Notes under the pieces: model-generated | What the model saw: the letters and a program-made list of their open reading frames with translations, nothing else | The model's database searches: none | Told to the model about the DNA's origin: nothing | Assembly: GCA_038245785.1 (NCBI GenBank) | Contig: JBBRSB010000006.1 | Span: 64,001-128,000 of the forward strand | Direction of reading: 5' to 3' | Origin: Gloeobacterales cyanobacterium | GTDB taxonomy: Bacteria; Cyanobacteriota; Cyanobacteriia; Gloeobacterales; PMM-0068 | Length of the DNA stretch: 64,000 bases | Translations under genes and position numbers: made by a program | Shown here: piece by piece, positions 39,108 through 50,102 of the stretch | Layout: each line of letters opens with the position of its first letter | Numbering within the stretch: the first letter of the stretch is position 1

Positions 39108-40250
39108 TCATTGCGCTTGAGCCCGGAACCGATAACTACTGAAGGCCATAAATACAAAAGCAAAGATTCCTAGCGCTAGTATTTGAGGCCAGAGAACAAA
39201 GAATCCAACATCTTTGAGCATGATGTCGCGAACGATGGTGATGTAGTGGCGTAGAGGATTGAACAAGGAGAGCGCTCGAAAGAAAGAGGGCATACTCTCA
39301 ATTGGAGCCAGCGCGCCAGAGAGGATGATCATTGGCAGGGTGATGAAAAATGAGGTGAGAATCGCCTGTTGCTTGCTGCGGGAAACAGTAGCCAGCAGAA
39401 TGCCGAGGGAGATTCCGATAAAGATTTGGAGGCTGGAAAGAGCCATAAATAAGGGCAAATTTCCCCGGAAGGGCATACCAAATACGAAACGAGCCACGCC
39501 CAGCGATAAGAAAACATCGCCTATCAGTAAGAAAAATAGCGGTACGACCTTCGCCATGAGGATTTCTAGAACACTGGCCGGGGTCATCAAGAGTTGTTCA
39601 AGCGTCCCTGCATCTTTCTCTTTAACCACTTCGACGGCTGAAGACAAGACGCTCATCATCGTCAGCAGCATACCCATGACACCAGGGACAAAGAACCAGC
39701 TGCTGATCAGCCCTGGATTATAGAGATAGACAATCTGGGGATCAATATTGGCGCGTTCTGGGCGAGGAACCAGCCGATAAGCATACTGATTCACCATTTG
39801 ATTCACATAGTTACCGGCGACGCCAGCGGTATAAGCATTCACCCCATCTACTAAAACTTGAACCTCGGTCGTATGCCCCCGCTCTAGATTGCGCTGGAAG
39901 TCTGGAGGAATGACCACACCCACATCCACCTGTCCGCGACGAACCTGTTCGCCTAAAGCACGAGGATTAACAGGATAAGTTTGCGGGATAAAGACTCGAT
40001 TCTCGGTCAGGGTGGCAACCAGTTCTCGACTAACCTGTGTCCTGGACTCATCTAGAATCCCTAGTTTGAGATGGCGCACATCGGGGCTGAGGGCAAAACC
40101 AAAAATACACAGTTGCACCGTCGGTGGAAAGGTAAGCAGAAATAGGAGCTGCTTGTTTCTAAAAATTTGGCGAACCTCTTTGATCGCTAAAGCCCAAAAG
40201 CAACTTTCGAAGATTCGCTCAAAAAATCTAATAAAAAATTTGATATCCAT
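39108..40250 (-). CDS. ABC-2 transporter permease (YbhR-like)
   Basis: KEVRQIFR, YNPGL, KEKDAGTLEQLLMTP. Confidence 0.9.
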   Translation of the reverse strand: MDIKFFIRFFERIFESCFWALAIKEVRQIFRNKQLLFLLTFPPTVQLCIFGFALSPDVRHLKLGILDESRTQVSRELVATLTENRVFIPQTYPVNPRALGEQVRRGQVDVGVVIPPDFQRNLERGHTTEVQVLVDGVNAYTAGVAGNYVNQMVNQYAYRLVPRPERANIDPQIVYLYNPGLISSWFFVPGVMGMLLTMMSVLSSAVEVVKEKDAGTLEQLLMTPASVLEILMAKVVPLFFLLIGDVFLSLGVARFVFGMPFRGNLPLFMALSSLQIFIGISLGILLATVSRSKQQAILTSFFITLPMIILSGALAPIESMPSFFRALSLFNPLRHYITIVRDIMLKDVGFFVLWPQILALGIFAFVFMAFSSYRFRAQAQ

Positions 40251-40261
40251 AGCCTTAATTC

Positions 40262-41374
40262 CTAGTCTGAAAACTGCATACGATGTAGCTTTTGCCAGGC
40301 ACCCCAGAAGAGCATCAGACCCAAGGCGGCTAAAGCAGGGAATATATACCAAATTCCTGTCCAGCCTGTTCCGCGAACAAAAGAATCACGGGTCAGTTCG
40401 ATGTAATAGCGAACAGGGACCAGATTGGCCAGTAGAGAAAGGGGCCAGGGGATATTGCTGATCGGATAGATAAAGCCAGAAAGCAACATTGCAGTCAGAG
40501 CGTTGGTAGCCCCAACCGCCTGCACGGCAGCACTTTGGCTATTGCTGCGTGCACCGACAAATAAGCCAATCAAGACACTCGTGGCTAAGAAAAGCGGAGT
40601 GCCCAACAGCAAGGGCATCGGATCCCCAGCCAGCCGAAGACCAAAAATGAGGGCAGCGGAAATCATTAGAAATACGGCCTCACTTAAGGCAATCAGGAGA
40701 TAGGCCAGACCTTTACCCAGCAATAGTTCTGCAGCGCTAGCGCTAGAGGCATAGACCTGGACTACAGTTCCTTCTTCCTTATCGCGGACCATAGCAATGG
40801 CTGCCAAGAGAGAGGGATAGAGGACAAGGTTCACCGCTAGCACCCCTGGCACAATGTAGAGCGATTCTTGACGGCCTGGATTGAACCAAACCCGCGCCCG
40901 AGATGTAATCAGGGATTGCTTAGGAAGTAGATTTTCCGTTTTCAAGAAGAAATTGTTGGTGGCACGGATACTGTTTTTAATCACCCGTGCATTGGCCACG
41001 TCACTGCCATCGATTAAGACCTGGACCGTACTGGTTTTTCCTTCTTTGAGGCGACGAGAAAAATCCGGCGGAATAATCACAGCCGCAGAAGCTAAGCCTG
41101 GATTGATCGCATCATGGATGGGATCACGGCCGGACCAGCGGACGGGTTCCAGTTGGTTGGTGGCATAGAGTCGTTCGATGTAGGCACGGCTCAGGGAACT
41201 ATTATCAAAATCTTGGACAACCAAAGGAATATTTTTGGTCTCTAAACGAATGGCAAAGCCAAAAACCAGGAGCGTCACAAAAGGCAATAAAAAGGCCAGA
41301 GCAACGGTCAGACGGTCACGACGAAATTGAGAAATTTCCTTAACGCATTGCGCCCAAATTCGCTTGAAAGTCAT
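40262..41374 (-). CDS. ABC-2 transporter permease (YbhS-like)
   Basis: KEISQFRRD, WFNP, LLSGFIYPI. Confidence 0.9.
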   Translation of the reverse strand: MTFKRIWAQCVKEISQFRRDRLTVALAFLLPFVTLLVFGFAIRLETKNIPLVVQDFDNSSLSRAYIERLYATNQLEPVRWSGRDPIHDAINPGLASAAVIIPPDFSRRLKEGKTSTVQVLIDGSDVANARVIKNSIRATNNFFLKTENLLPKQSLITSRARVWFNPGRQESLYIVPGVLAVNLVLYPSLLAAIAMVRDKEEGTVVQVYASSASAAELLLGKGLAYLLIALSEAVFLMISAALIFGLRLAGDPMPLLLGTPLFLATSVLIGLFVGARSNSQSAAVQAVGATNALTAMLLSGFIYPISNIPWPLSLLANLVPVRYYIELTRDSFVRGTGWTGIWYIFPALAALGLMLFWGAWQKLHRMQFSD

Positions 41375-43353
41375 CCTGCACCCCCAGGTTGAGTATCCAG
41401 GGCTCGAGATATGGTGCCGATAAAGGCATCTTCTAGAGAAAACGGGATCGCTCTCAAAGAGCGAATCTCTATAGCTGCAGCCTCCAGAATTGACTTAAGC
41501 TCTGGGATTTGCTCATCCGGTCGGTCAAGCACAATGTGCAGGTAATCGGCAAAGATCGACACCCGCCAGGGATCGAACTTAGTTTTCAGTAAATTGGAAG
41601 CGGCTTGTGTTTCTTCAAGGCCAATCTCAATCAGTTGACCGGGTTGTTGAGCCTTGATTTGGCTGGGGGAACCCTTGGCAACCGTCTCTCCACTAGCCAT
41701 AAAAGACATCTGGTGGCAGTGTTCCGCCTCTTCCAGATAATGGGTGGTGACGAGAACCGCCGTACCGTTATGGGCAAAGTCTTCAATCAAGCGCCAGAAC
41801 TGACGGCGGGCAAGGGGGTCTACGCCAGAAGTAGGTTCATCTAGAAATAGAATTTTAGGTTCATGCATCACCGATGCACCGAAAGCAACCCGCTGCTTCC
41901 AACCACCGGGTAGCTGTCCGGTAATCATGTTCTCTTGCCCCGTCAAACCACAGGTTTCTAGCACCCAATCAATTTTGGCGCGACGAGCATGGCGGGGTAC
42001 CCCATAGACTCCGCAGTAGAATTCCAGGTTTTGCAGAATCGTCAGGTCGTCGTAGAGGGTAAACTTTTGGCTCATGTAGCCAATACGCTTGCGCAATTTA
42101 GCACTGCGCAGGTCGCTCGTTTGACCGCCCAGGGTGATTGCTCCGGCGGTGCGCTCCAAAAGACCACAAAGCATTTTAATGGTGGTGGTCTTTCCAGCTC
42201 CATTGGCACCGAGTAAACCATAAATTTCGCCGTAGTGAATTTCCAGGTCTACATCTTTGACCGCCTGGAAATCTCCAAAGTTTTTGCTCAAGTCCTGGGC
42301 GTAGATAGCTACTTCTCCAGAATGATTTTCAAGGGGAAGAATCCGTGGAAAGGGGATAAAAGGGGGGTCTGAACCTTGTTGGCGCAGTTGGGTTACAAAG
42401 ACGTTCTCCAGTGTGGGTTGCGTTTGCGTGATATTCAGCGAGCTTCTATCTTGGTCAGGCAGATTATTACCATCCAAAGTTGAACGGATTTGGGCTTCTC
42501 CTCGCTCAGGGTCTTTGACCAAGACATCCAGTCGGTCGCCAAAAGTTTGGACATCGACAATGTTGGAATCCGCTCCTGGCTGAGTCATAAGCGCCCGTTC
42601 AGCCTCTTCAATAGCTTCGGTGCGGACTTCTAAGCGATGTAGGCCAAGTCTCGCCCGCAGTTCATCGGGAGTGCCAATTTGTTGAAATTGACCTCCATAC
42701 ATCAGGGCCACTCGGTCACAGCGCTCTGCTTCATCGAGATAGGGCGTAGCCACCACCATCGTCACGCTCTCAGCCGCCAAGGTTGCCAGCACATCCCAAA
42801 ACTCTCGACGGGATACGGGGTCTACCCCCGTCGTCGGTTCATCCAGCAGTAAAACCCTGGGCTGCGCAATCAACGCACAACAAAGCGCTAACTTCTGTTT
42901 CATTCCGCCGGAGAGCTGCCCTGCCAAACGATTGGAAAACTTATCTAAATTCATCAGCCGCAGATATTTACTGCGACGTTCCTGAAAAAGGTCTTCCGGG
43001 ACTTCCCGCAGGCCAGCGCTATAGCGGAGATTTTCTTCCAGGCTCAGGTCCAAGTAAAGCGAAAACTTTTGGGTAAGATAGCCGATTCCTAAACGGGCAT
43101 CACGGGGAGCTTTGCCCAGAACCTGAACATGGCCCCCGGTCGCTTCCATGACCCCAGCCAGAATTTGGAAGGTTGTGGTTTTCCCGGCACCATCCGGTCC
43201 AATGATGCCAAAAACTTCTCCCTGATGCACCTCAAAATCAATTCCCTGAACGGCTTCCAGGGCTCCATACTTTTTGCGTAGACCCTTAACCTGAATAATC
43301 AGATCCTGAGCGGATAGATCAGGAGAAACCTGTTGCGGGGCAGTGCTGGTCAT
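41371..43353 (-). CDS. ABC transporter ATP-binding protein with two ATPase domains (YbhF-like)
   Basis: Walker A GPDGAGKTT and GANGAGKTT; two LDEPT motifs. Confidence 0.93.
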   Translation of the reverse strand: MTSTAPQQVSPDLSAQDLIIQVKGLRKKYGALEAVQGIDFEVHQGEVFGIIGPDGAGKTTTFQILAGVMEATGGHVQVLGKAPRDARLGIGYLTQKFSLYLDLSLEENLRYSAGLREVPEDLFQERRSKYLRLMNLDKFSNRLAGQLSGGMKQKLALCCALIAQPRVLLLDEPTTGVDPVSRREFWDVLATLAAESVTMVVATPYLDEAERCDRVALMYGGQFQQIGTPDELRARLGLHRLEVRTEAIEEAERALMTQPGADSNIVDVQTFGDRLDVLVKDPERGEAQIRSTLDGNNLPDQDRSSLNITQTQPTLENVFVTQLRQQGSDPPFIPFPRILPLENHSGEVAIYAQDLSKNFGDFQAVKDVDLEIHYGEIYGLLGANGAGKTTTIKMLCGLLERTAGAITLGGQTSDLRSAKLRKRIGYMSQKFTLYDDLTILQNLEFYCGVYGVPRHARRAKIDWVLETCGLTGQENMITGQLPGGWKQRVAFGASVMHEPKILFLDEPTSGVDPLARRQFWRLIEDFAHNGTAVLVTTHYLEEAEHCHQMSFMASGETVAKGSPSQIKAQQPGQLIEIGLEETQAASNLLKTKFDPWRVSIFADYLHIVLDRPDEQIPELKSILEAAAIEIRSLRAIPFSLEDAFIGTISRALDTQPGGAG

Positions 43354-43364
43354 CTGCGGCCCTC

Positions 43365-44645
43365 CTAGTGAGCATCGGTCAGAATTTCTCCGTCTGCAGG
43401 CATGCCGGGTTTGGCGAAACCACCAGGATTATCGATGGCCAGTTTGACGCCAAAAACCTGCTTGACCCGTTCATCTCGGAAATAGATATTCTCTGGAGTG
43501 AAGGAAGCTTGGGGATCAATAGCTGTGACTTTTGCACCCAGCGCTTTATCCGGAGCAGAATCTAAAAAGACGTTTGCTTTTTGACCTACCCGTACTTTGC
43601 CCATTTCTCCTTCTGGGATGAAGCCTCTTAGATAGACCGTGTTCAGGTTGACCAAAGAAAGCAGGGTCTTGCCTGAAGTGACGACCGCTCCTGGTTCTAC
43701 GCTCCGTGCAGTGACTACCCCTTCAATCGGGCTGACTACATTGAGATAGGCCATTTGGGCGATAATCTGCTGGCGCGTCGCTTGGGCATTGGCCACATCT
43801 GCCCGACCGGCCGCAAGCTTGAGTTTGTTCTGGGCTAACTGTCTACGCAAAGCGTTAAGTTGGGCATCGCGGATTTGTGGATTTAGTCCTGTTGTCTGGA
43901 CTTGGACCAACTGTCCTTGGGCTGCACTGACTAACTTACGGAAAGAATTCACCGCCGCTTCCCTACTTTTTAGGGTTGCCTGAGCCGTTTCCAATTTAGT
44001 TTGGGCCTGGTCCGCTTGCTGTTGAGTGGAGGCTCCTTCCTGCGCCAGTTGCCTAAAACGGTCGCGGTCTAAGGCCGCTAGTCGCAGTTCTGCACGAGCT
44101 TGAGTCACCTGAGCTTCTGCCTGTTGGCGCTGGGCTTCGGCTGAGGCAACATTGGCTTGTGCTTGGAGAATACGACCCTTGGCATCTCCCTGCGCTTGTT
44201 CAACGTTGAGCCGTGATTCTTGGATTTGACTATTGTTCACCTCTAGTTGGACACGGGCCTGACGCTCTTGTTGTTGGGCAGCATTTAGACGAGCGTTGGC
44301 TCCTTCTAACTGAGCTTTGACCTCGGCATCATCCATCCGGACAATAACCTGCCCCTTTTTAACCTGGTCCCCTTCCCGCACGGCAATAAGATCAATGCGC
44401 CCCGGCACTTTGGCCCCAATATCAGTTTCATACCCTTCAATCCGACCACTTAATCGCAAGGGGCCTGCCTTGGGCAGCGAGGAGAAGTACCATAGACCAC
44501 CGCCTGCGACTCCAAGAGCCACAAGTCCTGCGAGGAGCAGGGGTCGCAGATTAGACTTCGGTTTATCCGCTACGGTAGGCGCTTGCACTTCTTGAAAAGC
44601 CGATGGCGGTGTGTCCGAGGTCTTATCCGTTCGGGTTTGTGTCAT
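43365..44645 (-). CDS. HlyD family membrane fusion protein (YbhG-like)
   Basis: N-terminal TM, VREGDQVKKG, long coiled coil, ASFTP, KPGMPADG. Confidence 0.92.
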   Translation of the reverse strand: MTQTRTDKTSDTPPSAFQEVQAPTVADKPKSNLRPLLLAGLVALGVAGGGLWYFSSLPKAGPLRLSGRIEGYETDIGAKVPGRIDLIAVREGDQVKKGQVIVRMDDAEVKAQLEGANARLNAAQQQERQARVQLEVNNSQIQESRLNVEQAQGDAKGRILQAQANVASAEAQRQQAEAQVTQARAELRLAALDRDRFRQLAQEGASTQQQADQAQTKLETAQATLKSREAAVNSFRKLVSAAQGQLVQVQTTGLNPQIRDAQLNALRRQLAQNKLKLAAGRADVANAQATRQQIIAQMAYLNVVSPIEGVVTARSVEPGAVVTSGKTLLSLVNLNTVYLRGFIPEGEMGKVRVGQKANVFLDSAPDKALGAKVTAIDPQASFTPENIYFRDERVKQVFGVKLAIDNPGGFAKPGMPADGEILTDAH

Positions 44646-44974
44646 AAGGTGAACCTTCCTTTGTTCACAAGAGCCAGCAAAGCTTAGTTAGACAATATGG
44701 ACTACAGACTCTCTATAGTCTTGAGCGTAGTCCTCAAAAGTGAAGAACCTGTGAGGTAACATTTTCAACTATTAGCCCCAAGATCTGCATGCTAGACCTA
44801 GCCTGGAATCACCTGACTGTTTTTTATGTAACTTCACAGATAAGGATTAATAACGTTACATTCAATTCAAAAGTGCCGTAATGAATAGGTTAAAACGGAT
44901 GATTTGCATACAGAGAAACAGTTGAAAAAAGCTTATTCTAGTTCGTTTGCTTTAGGCTGCTTACGGGAGATTGG

Positions 44975-46783
44975 ATGAAACATGAACTGACATGGCAGGC
45001 CATAGTAGGTGGAGTTCTTGTCTCGTCCCTGATTTCTCTAGCCTATCCCTATATCGTTTTGAAGATTGGCCTGGGGCCGAATGTGAGTGTGCTTTCTGCC
45101 TTTCTGGGAGCTTTATTTCTGCAGGTCACCGCCCAGAAAACGCGGGGACAAAATCGGTTGATGAATAACATCATTCAGACCGCAGGCACCTCTGCTACGT
45201 CTACGGCTTTTATGTGTGTGGTCGCTGCTGCTTTTGGTTATCTCAATCAAAACGAAACGGTCAATGTTCACTTTACGATCACGCCCTGGCAGATGTTTAG
45301 CTGGCTGACCTGTTCAGGTATGATTGGCGTTCTCTTTATCGTTCTCTTTCGACGCTATTTCTTGGATGATACCCAAATGGTATTTGCCGATGGGGTAGCA
45401 GCAGCTGAAACAATTAAGGTTCTAGATAGTAGCCAGGCGCAAAGGAAATTACAAACTCTTGGTTTAGGTTCTCTGATTGGCATGGTCATCAGTTTCTTGC
45501 GCGATGGCTTGGGCCTGATTCCCCTGACCTTCATTGCCCAGCGGTTCAAAATCGGTATCGAGTGGAATGTCCTTTCCGTAGGCACGGGGATGCTAGTGGG
45601 CATAAGGATGGGTCTTTCTATGCTGCTCGGTACCGTGATTGTTTTTTTCGCGGGACCTGTGATTATGAACCAGGTAGGAATGGATATTATTCACGGCAGC
45701 ATCGCCCCCCGCTATATAGCCCAGTGCGATGCGCTAGCAACGTTGGCTCCCGAAGCCCTAAAAGCGCAACAAGCTCTTCTAAACCAACATTGCGGGATGA
45801 TGGGCGACTATCTTAAAGGAAATCACTTCGGCATTATCCTGTTTTGGCTGATGTGGCCCGCTTCAGCACTGATGATTACGGCGGCGATTACGGCAGTGGT
45901 CTTGGAGTGGCGGTCTTTAGTCCAAATGTTCCGAACGCTTTCGATTCAGAAAGCTAGGGCACCCCAGGAAGATATCCCGCTGAGTATTATCTTTCCTGGT
46001 GTTGTCGTGCTGACCATCCTTTTAGCCTATGTGCAGAACGTACATTTTGGCATGTCTTACCTCCAGACTTTTTTCGCTGTTCTCTGTGAACTGCCCCTGA
46101 TGCTCGTTGGCGTCCGCGTCTTAGGTGAAACCAATCAAGGACCCGTTTCTCTGATGGCCAATAGTTTACAGGCCGTATTCGCTATTTTTTGGCCGCAGCA
46201 GATTTCCCTTAACTTGATTGCGGCAGGCATGGCTGGAGATGGCAATGCTCAAGCGGAAGGGACGATGCAGGATTTTAAAACGGGGCAAATCGTTGGCTCT
46301 ACGCCCTGGATTCTCACCTGTGTCCAACTTTGCGCTATTCCAATTGGGGCCGCTGCTGTGGCAATTATGTATCCACTCTTGATCGCTCGTTACGGACTAG
46401 GCGGCGATGGATTGATTGCTCCCACGGGCTTGAAGCTGGCAAATATGGCCGTGCTCTTGTCTAAGGGAATTTCTGCTTTTCCACAAGGGGCACTTCTGGC
46501 AACAGCGATTGCAGCTGTCTTGGGTATGGTCTTCACACTGCTAGAAGCTCGCTACAAAATCCGCTGGCTACCGAGTGCCGCTGGACTCGGTTTTGCTTTG
46601 ATTCTTCCGGGACTTTTGAATATTCCCGTCGCCATGGGTGCAATCCTCGGCTGGCTATGGGAAAAATTATCTCCAGAATCCTATGCCCAATATCACGTCA
46701 CCCTGGCCTCAGGCTTGATTGGAGGAGAGGCTTTGATTGCAGGATTACTGTTACCAGCCCTGTTTTACTTTGGGATTTTGTAG
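44975..46783 (+). CDS. OPT/YSL family oligopeptide transporter
   Basis: NNIIQTAGT, DGVAAAETI, LGET, MQDFKTG, ASGLIGGE. Confidence 0.88.
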   Translation: MKHELTWQAIVGGVLVSSLISLAYPYIVLKIGLGPNVSVLSAFLGALFLQVTAQKTRGQNRLMNNIIQTAGTSATSTAFMCVVAAAFGYLNQNETVNVHFTITPWQMFSWLTCSGMIGVLFIVLFRRYFLDDTQMVFADGVAAAETIKVLDSSQAQRKLQTLGLGSLIGMVISFLRDGLGLIPLTFIAQRFKIGIEWNVLSVGTGMLVGIRMGLSMLLGTVIVFFAGPVIMNQVGMDIIHGSIAPRYIAQCDALATLAPEALKAQQALLNQHCGMMGDYLKGNHFGIILFWLMWPASALMITAAITAVVLEWRSLVQMFRTLSIQKARAPQEDIPLSIIFPGVVVLTILLAYVQNVHFGMSYLQTFFAVLCELPLMLVGVRVLGETNQGPVSLMANSLQAVFAIFWPQQISLNLIAAGMAGDGNAQAEGTMQDFKTGQIVGSTPWILTCVQLCAIPIGAAAVAIMYPLLIARYGLGGDGLIAPTGLKLANMAVLLSKGISAFPQGALLATAIAAVLGMVFTLLEARYKIRWLPSAAGLGFALILPGLLNIPVAMGAILGWLWEKLSPESYAQYHVTLASGLIGGEALIAGLLLPALFYFGIL

Positions 46784-46792
46784 ATCCCCCCA

Positions 46793-46821
46793 ACCCCTCA
46801 GTCCCGTAGGGACTGAGGGGT
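46793..46821. repeat. Perfect 13-bp inverted repeat between convergent genes; one arm recurs at 33998-34013
   Basis: ACCCCTCAGTCCC-GTA-GGGACTGAGGGGT. Confidence 0.85.
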
Positions 46822-46854
46822 GGAATTACTACTGCAAGGGGTTCAATGAATCGA

Positions 46855-47580
46855 TCAAGCAGAAGCAAAGAACGACACTTTATTGCTACCCCGTCTACTG
46901 CGTCCCAGAAGAATGAATAAAACGCCAGCAATTAAAGCCCCTAAATTCCATTTAATTGAGCGCTTGAATAGGGAAAATTTCATCGCTTCTATGCGGGCAT
47001 TTGTATGAAAATTTATTTGACTTTCCATTTCAGGAATTTTCTTTGCCAGAAGTTCGCGGGTTACAGGTTGCTTATCTCCTGACTTTTTGGGCAAAGAATT
47101 AATACGAGCTAAAGACTGCTCAATATCTTTGAGCGCCTTAGGATTATTCAGTTGTTTTTTAAATCGCTGCAGATTGGCTAGTTGCTGATTGGCTTGGGTA
47201 TTGATTTGAGCATCATTTTGCTTATTAATAAGTAACGTACTGCTAATGCCTAGGGGTATAAGTAAAAAAAATAAAATTCCAACTATTACAGAAAGGGTAG
47301 ACATCAACTTGATCAGTTTTGACCGCTTTTCTCCATATAGCACCAGTAATAGACCGATTGCTGGCACAGGAACGCGCTCCACCAGATTGCCAATCACCTG
47401 AAATTCCCAATTCGCATCGGCAAATTTGAAAGGGATGAAAATATCAATAATATCTAAGGCCACTAAAAGTAATAGGCTATAACCGACCAGGCGGCTAAGA
47501 GTGCGGGGCAATTCTTCACTATGTGCTGGTCCTGAATTCGTATCACCTGAGGAAGTGCTCTCAGATTTTTGGAAGGCCAT
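46855..47580 (-). CDS. HpsJ-like protein, cyanoexosortase-associated
   Basis: RLVGYSLL, WEFQVIGNLVERVPVP; four TM helices; next to crtA. Confidence 0.82.
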   Translation of the reverse strand: MAFQKSESTSSGDTNSGPAHSEELPRTLSRLVGYSLLLLVALDIIDIFIPFKFADANWEFQVIGNLVERVPVPAIGLLLVLYGEKRSKLIKLMSTLSVIVGILFFLLIPLGISSTLLINKQNDAQINTQANQQLANLQRFKKQLNNPKALKDIEQSLARINSLPKKSGDKQPVTRELLAKKIPEMESQINFHTNARIEAMKFSLFKRSIKWNLGALIAGVLFILLGRSRRGSNKVSFFASA

Positions 47581-47601
47581 GGGGTACGTTTATCCTCAAG
47601 A

Positions 47602-48276
47602 TTAAGGGGTATGCAACTGCGGATAGAGAGAAGACCAAGCTTTTTCTAAGATTGGATAGACAGCCTTTGGTTGCACTTTGCGTGTAGACAGAGCTAAACG
47701 TACCCACAGACAGCGATGGTCATTCAAACGTTCCTGTCCCCATAGCAGAGCAATTAGTCGATGAGGTTGCATAACATAGTTCGTTTGGTTAGCCATAAAC
47801 TGTTCGCGAGTAAAAGTACCCTTTCCTCGTGTATTGAGGCAAGTATCTAAATAAGCCTGCTCTTGACTTAGTGAGAGACCATAACTACCTATTCCTTCTT
47901 TTTTACGAATCATGATCGATGAATCATCTTTGGAATCAGCGTGCACTCTGTAGCGTTGCACTAAGCGCTGCATATCACCATCTGTATTAAGGATAGGGCG
48001 TACTTCTAAGATTAAAAGCACATCATTCTGAATTAATTGATAGCGTTTCCCTGAAACCATGGCGTTTGCTCCCGATAAGTTTTCATTTTCTTTTTGAGGA
48101 AGCTCACTGCTCTTCGTAAGTTGCCATTCAGGAAGAGTAATCCGTTGCGGGAAAGAATACGATGGACTAGAGTCTTTACTCAGGGTTGTGGATAAGTTGA
48201 TCGTTACCAATACGAAAAAAACGCTAACACACGTGGAACCAAGTAAAAATATCCGTAGCTGCGGCCATAGTTTCAT
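47602..48276 (-). CDS. Cyanoexosortase A system-associated protein
   Basis: FPQRITLPEWQ, YLDTCLNTRG..TFTREQF, DHRCLW; ATGA-coupled to crtA. Confidence 0.85.
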   Translation of the reverse strand: MKLWPQLRIFLLGSTCVSVFFVLVTINLSTTLSKDSSPSYSFPQRITLPEWQLTKSSELPQKENENLSGANAMVSGKRYQLIQNDVLLILEVRPILNTDGDMQRLVQRYRVHADSKDDSSIMIRKKEGIGSYGLSLSQEQAYLDTCLNTRGKGTFTREQFMANQTNYVMQPHRLIALLWGQERLNDHRCLWVRLALSTRKVQPKAVYPILEKAWSSLYPQLHTP

Positions 48277-49142
48277 GGTTTTGGCAACTTTACAGGTGTA
48301 GTATCACTAACTTCGTTTTTAAAAAGAAGGAAATAGCAAAAAGATCCAAAAATGAAAGCACTGATGAGAGAAAAAGCCTGGGCACCATCCCCTTCATGCC
48401 AATATCTAAAAGCATCCTGATTTGAATAGGCGACTAAGAAAGCCATGAGAGCAACCCGAGCACTATTCACTAAAAAGCCTAGAACAACAGCTATAATCGG
48501 CACTAAAATTTTCTTCCACAAAGTGCTAGGAAACAATATTAAAAATAATGCCGCCAGCCGAAGGAGCCAAATCATGTTTTCAAATCCAGAGCAGCCTGGA
48601 GTAACTTCGACGGCTCCTGTTGGAAGAATTAGATTCACGCCTTGCAGGGATACATCAAAGCCTAAGTGAATTAGGAAAAAAGCTGCAAATTTGGCGGTAA
48701 TCAGAGATACATCAACAAGCTGGAGCAGCAAGGTTTCGGGAATGGATATAGCCAGAATCAGCGTAAATTCTTGACTATATTGCTTAAGCCCTTTTATACC
48801 GGAAGCTAATAATGCAATTCCAAGTCCTGAAAGTAGAGGAGAAATCTGAAAAAGAAATCCAAAATAGGGATCGACCGTATTCTTAACAAGGACAGAGGCA
48901 ATCAGCAAGAGGCCTAAAAAAGTAGAAAAAACATCACTTTCCAAATTAAGACTATCTCGCTTCTCCCATAATAGGTAGAAGACAGTCCCTAACAGAACTA
49001 GACTGATACTGAGAAAACTGAAATTCCCTGTGAGTTTCCAAACCAAGCTTAGGTAAACACAACTGAGGCCAATCGTTGTTGCTGATAGCCAAAATTTATG
49101 GTCTTGGAGTAACTTGACCGGAGTGGAGAGAGTAGAGCTCAT
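48273..49142 (-). CDS. crtA: Cyanoexosortase A
   Basis: Multi-TM protein with the exosortase Cys/Arg/His triad: VTPGCSG, VNSARV, YWHEGDG. Confidence 0.88.
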   Translation of the reverse strand: MSSTLSTPVKLLQDHKFWLSATTIGLSCVYLSLVWKLTGNFSFLSISLVLLGTVFYLLWEKRDSLNLESDVFSTFLGLLLIASVLVKNTVDPYFGFLFQISPLLSGLGIALLASGIKGLKQYSQEFTLILAISIPETLLLQLVDVSLITAKFAAFFLIHLGFDVSLQGVNLILPTGAVEVTPGCSGFENMIWLLRLAALFLILFPSTLWKKILVPIIAVVLGFLVNSARVALMAFLVAYSNQDAFRYWHEGDGAQAFSLISAFIFGSFCYFLLFKNEVSDTTPVKLPKP

Positions 49143-49247
49143 ACAAAAAATCTACCAGGGTTGCATTACAGACGACAAACCCTGAGGCGTTTTCCATCAA
49201 ATCTAATTGAGCTGTTTTGAGGAATGTGGCAGAAGCAAGATCTATTC

Positions 49248-49991
49248 CTACTCTATTTTATTTTTAGCGCGGGCTTTAAGCGCAGAGAATCTCCCTTTGA
49301 GCAAACCTAGACCAAGAGGCACCATTCCAATCAGCCAGGGAGCAGGTAAAGGCTCTGGAACAGAGGTGCTTTCCCCACGCAGGACACCCGTAAGGCCTAA
49401 GGAGAAATCATTAGCTTCAGGAGAAACAATAAGAGGATTTATTCTAGTGGCACTGACTCTAAAGTTGCCACTATCGTTGATACCAATGGCGTTGGCGCCT
49501 TGGGTTGCGCTGGGGGTAGAAATGCCCGAAGGAGTCACGGTCAGGTAGTACTTACCAGGCTCTAAGGAAATATTTAACCCACTTACGGTGAAGGTGTATT
49601 CCGGGTTGGGGACTGAATTTGAAGAATTTGTTGCTGTGCGGCCTGTAGGAGTCACCGTTGTGTCCGACAAACCAGAGGCAATTACAGTTCCAAGATTGCT
49701 CTGTGAAGTACCTGCAGAAACCCCAGAGAGGATTGCCCAGTTTGCCTTAGAGGGTGCTCCACTGACAGAGAAATTATTTGAAAAGACACTGTCTACCTGC
49801 CAGCCAGCACTGTCAGGAACTGCAAAGTCCTCAAAAAAAAGGTTTTCCGCAGCACCACCAGTTATGCTGACTTGGTTGGTAAGGCTTCCATCATTATCTC
49901 CGCTATACCAGAGTGTAGCGGCTTGGACTGGGAGCGTAGATAGGAGCACAAGGAGTGCACCCGGTAAGAGTACTTTAGGCAACAGAGCCAT
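49248..49991 (-). CDS. Exported Ser/Thr/Gly-rich protein with a PEP-CTERM-like sorting signal
   Basis: Signal peptide ending VQAA; C-terminal VPEP, hydrophobic stretch and basic tail. Confidence 0.8.
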   Translation of the reverse strand: MALLPKVLLPGALLVLLSTLPVQAATLWYSGDNDGSLTNQVSITGGAAENLFFEDFAVPDSAGWQVDSVFSNNFSVSGAPSKANWAILSGVSAGTSQSNLGTVIASGLSDTTVTPTGRTATNSSNSVPNPEYTFTVSGLNISLEPGKYYLTVTPSGISTPSATQGANAIGINDSGNFRVSATRINPLIVSPEANDFSLGLTGVLRGESTSVPEPLPAPWLIGMVPLGLGLLKGRFSALKARAKNKIE

Positions 49992-50102
49992 AACGTTTCT
50001 GAGATCCCTTAAAGAAATACACCAGAGAGATTTTAGTATCCATCTCCATAAAATGCATGTATTAACGAGCACCAAGCTTTGATAATAAGTTTGAATAAGA
50101 GT

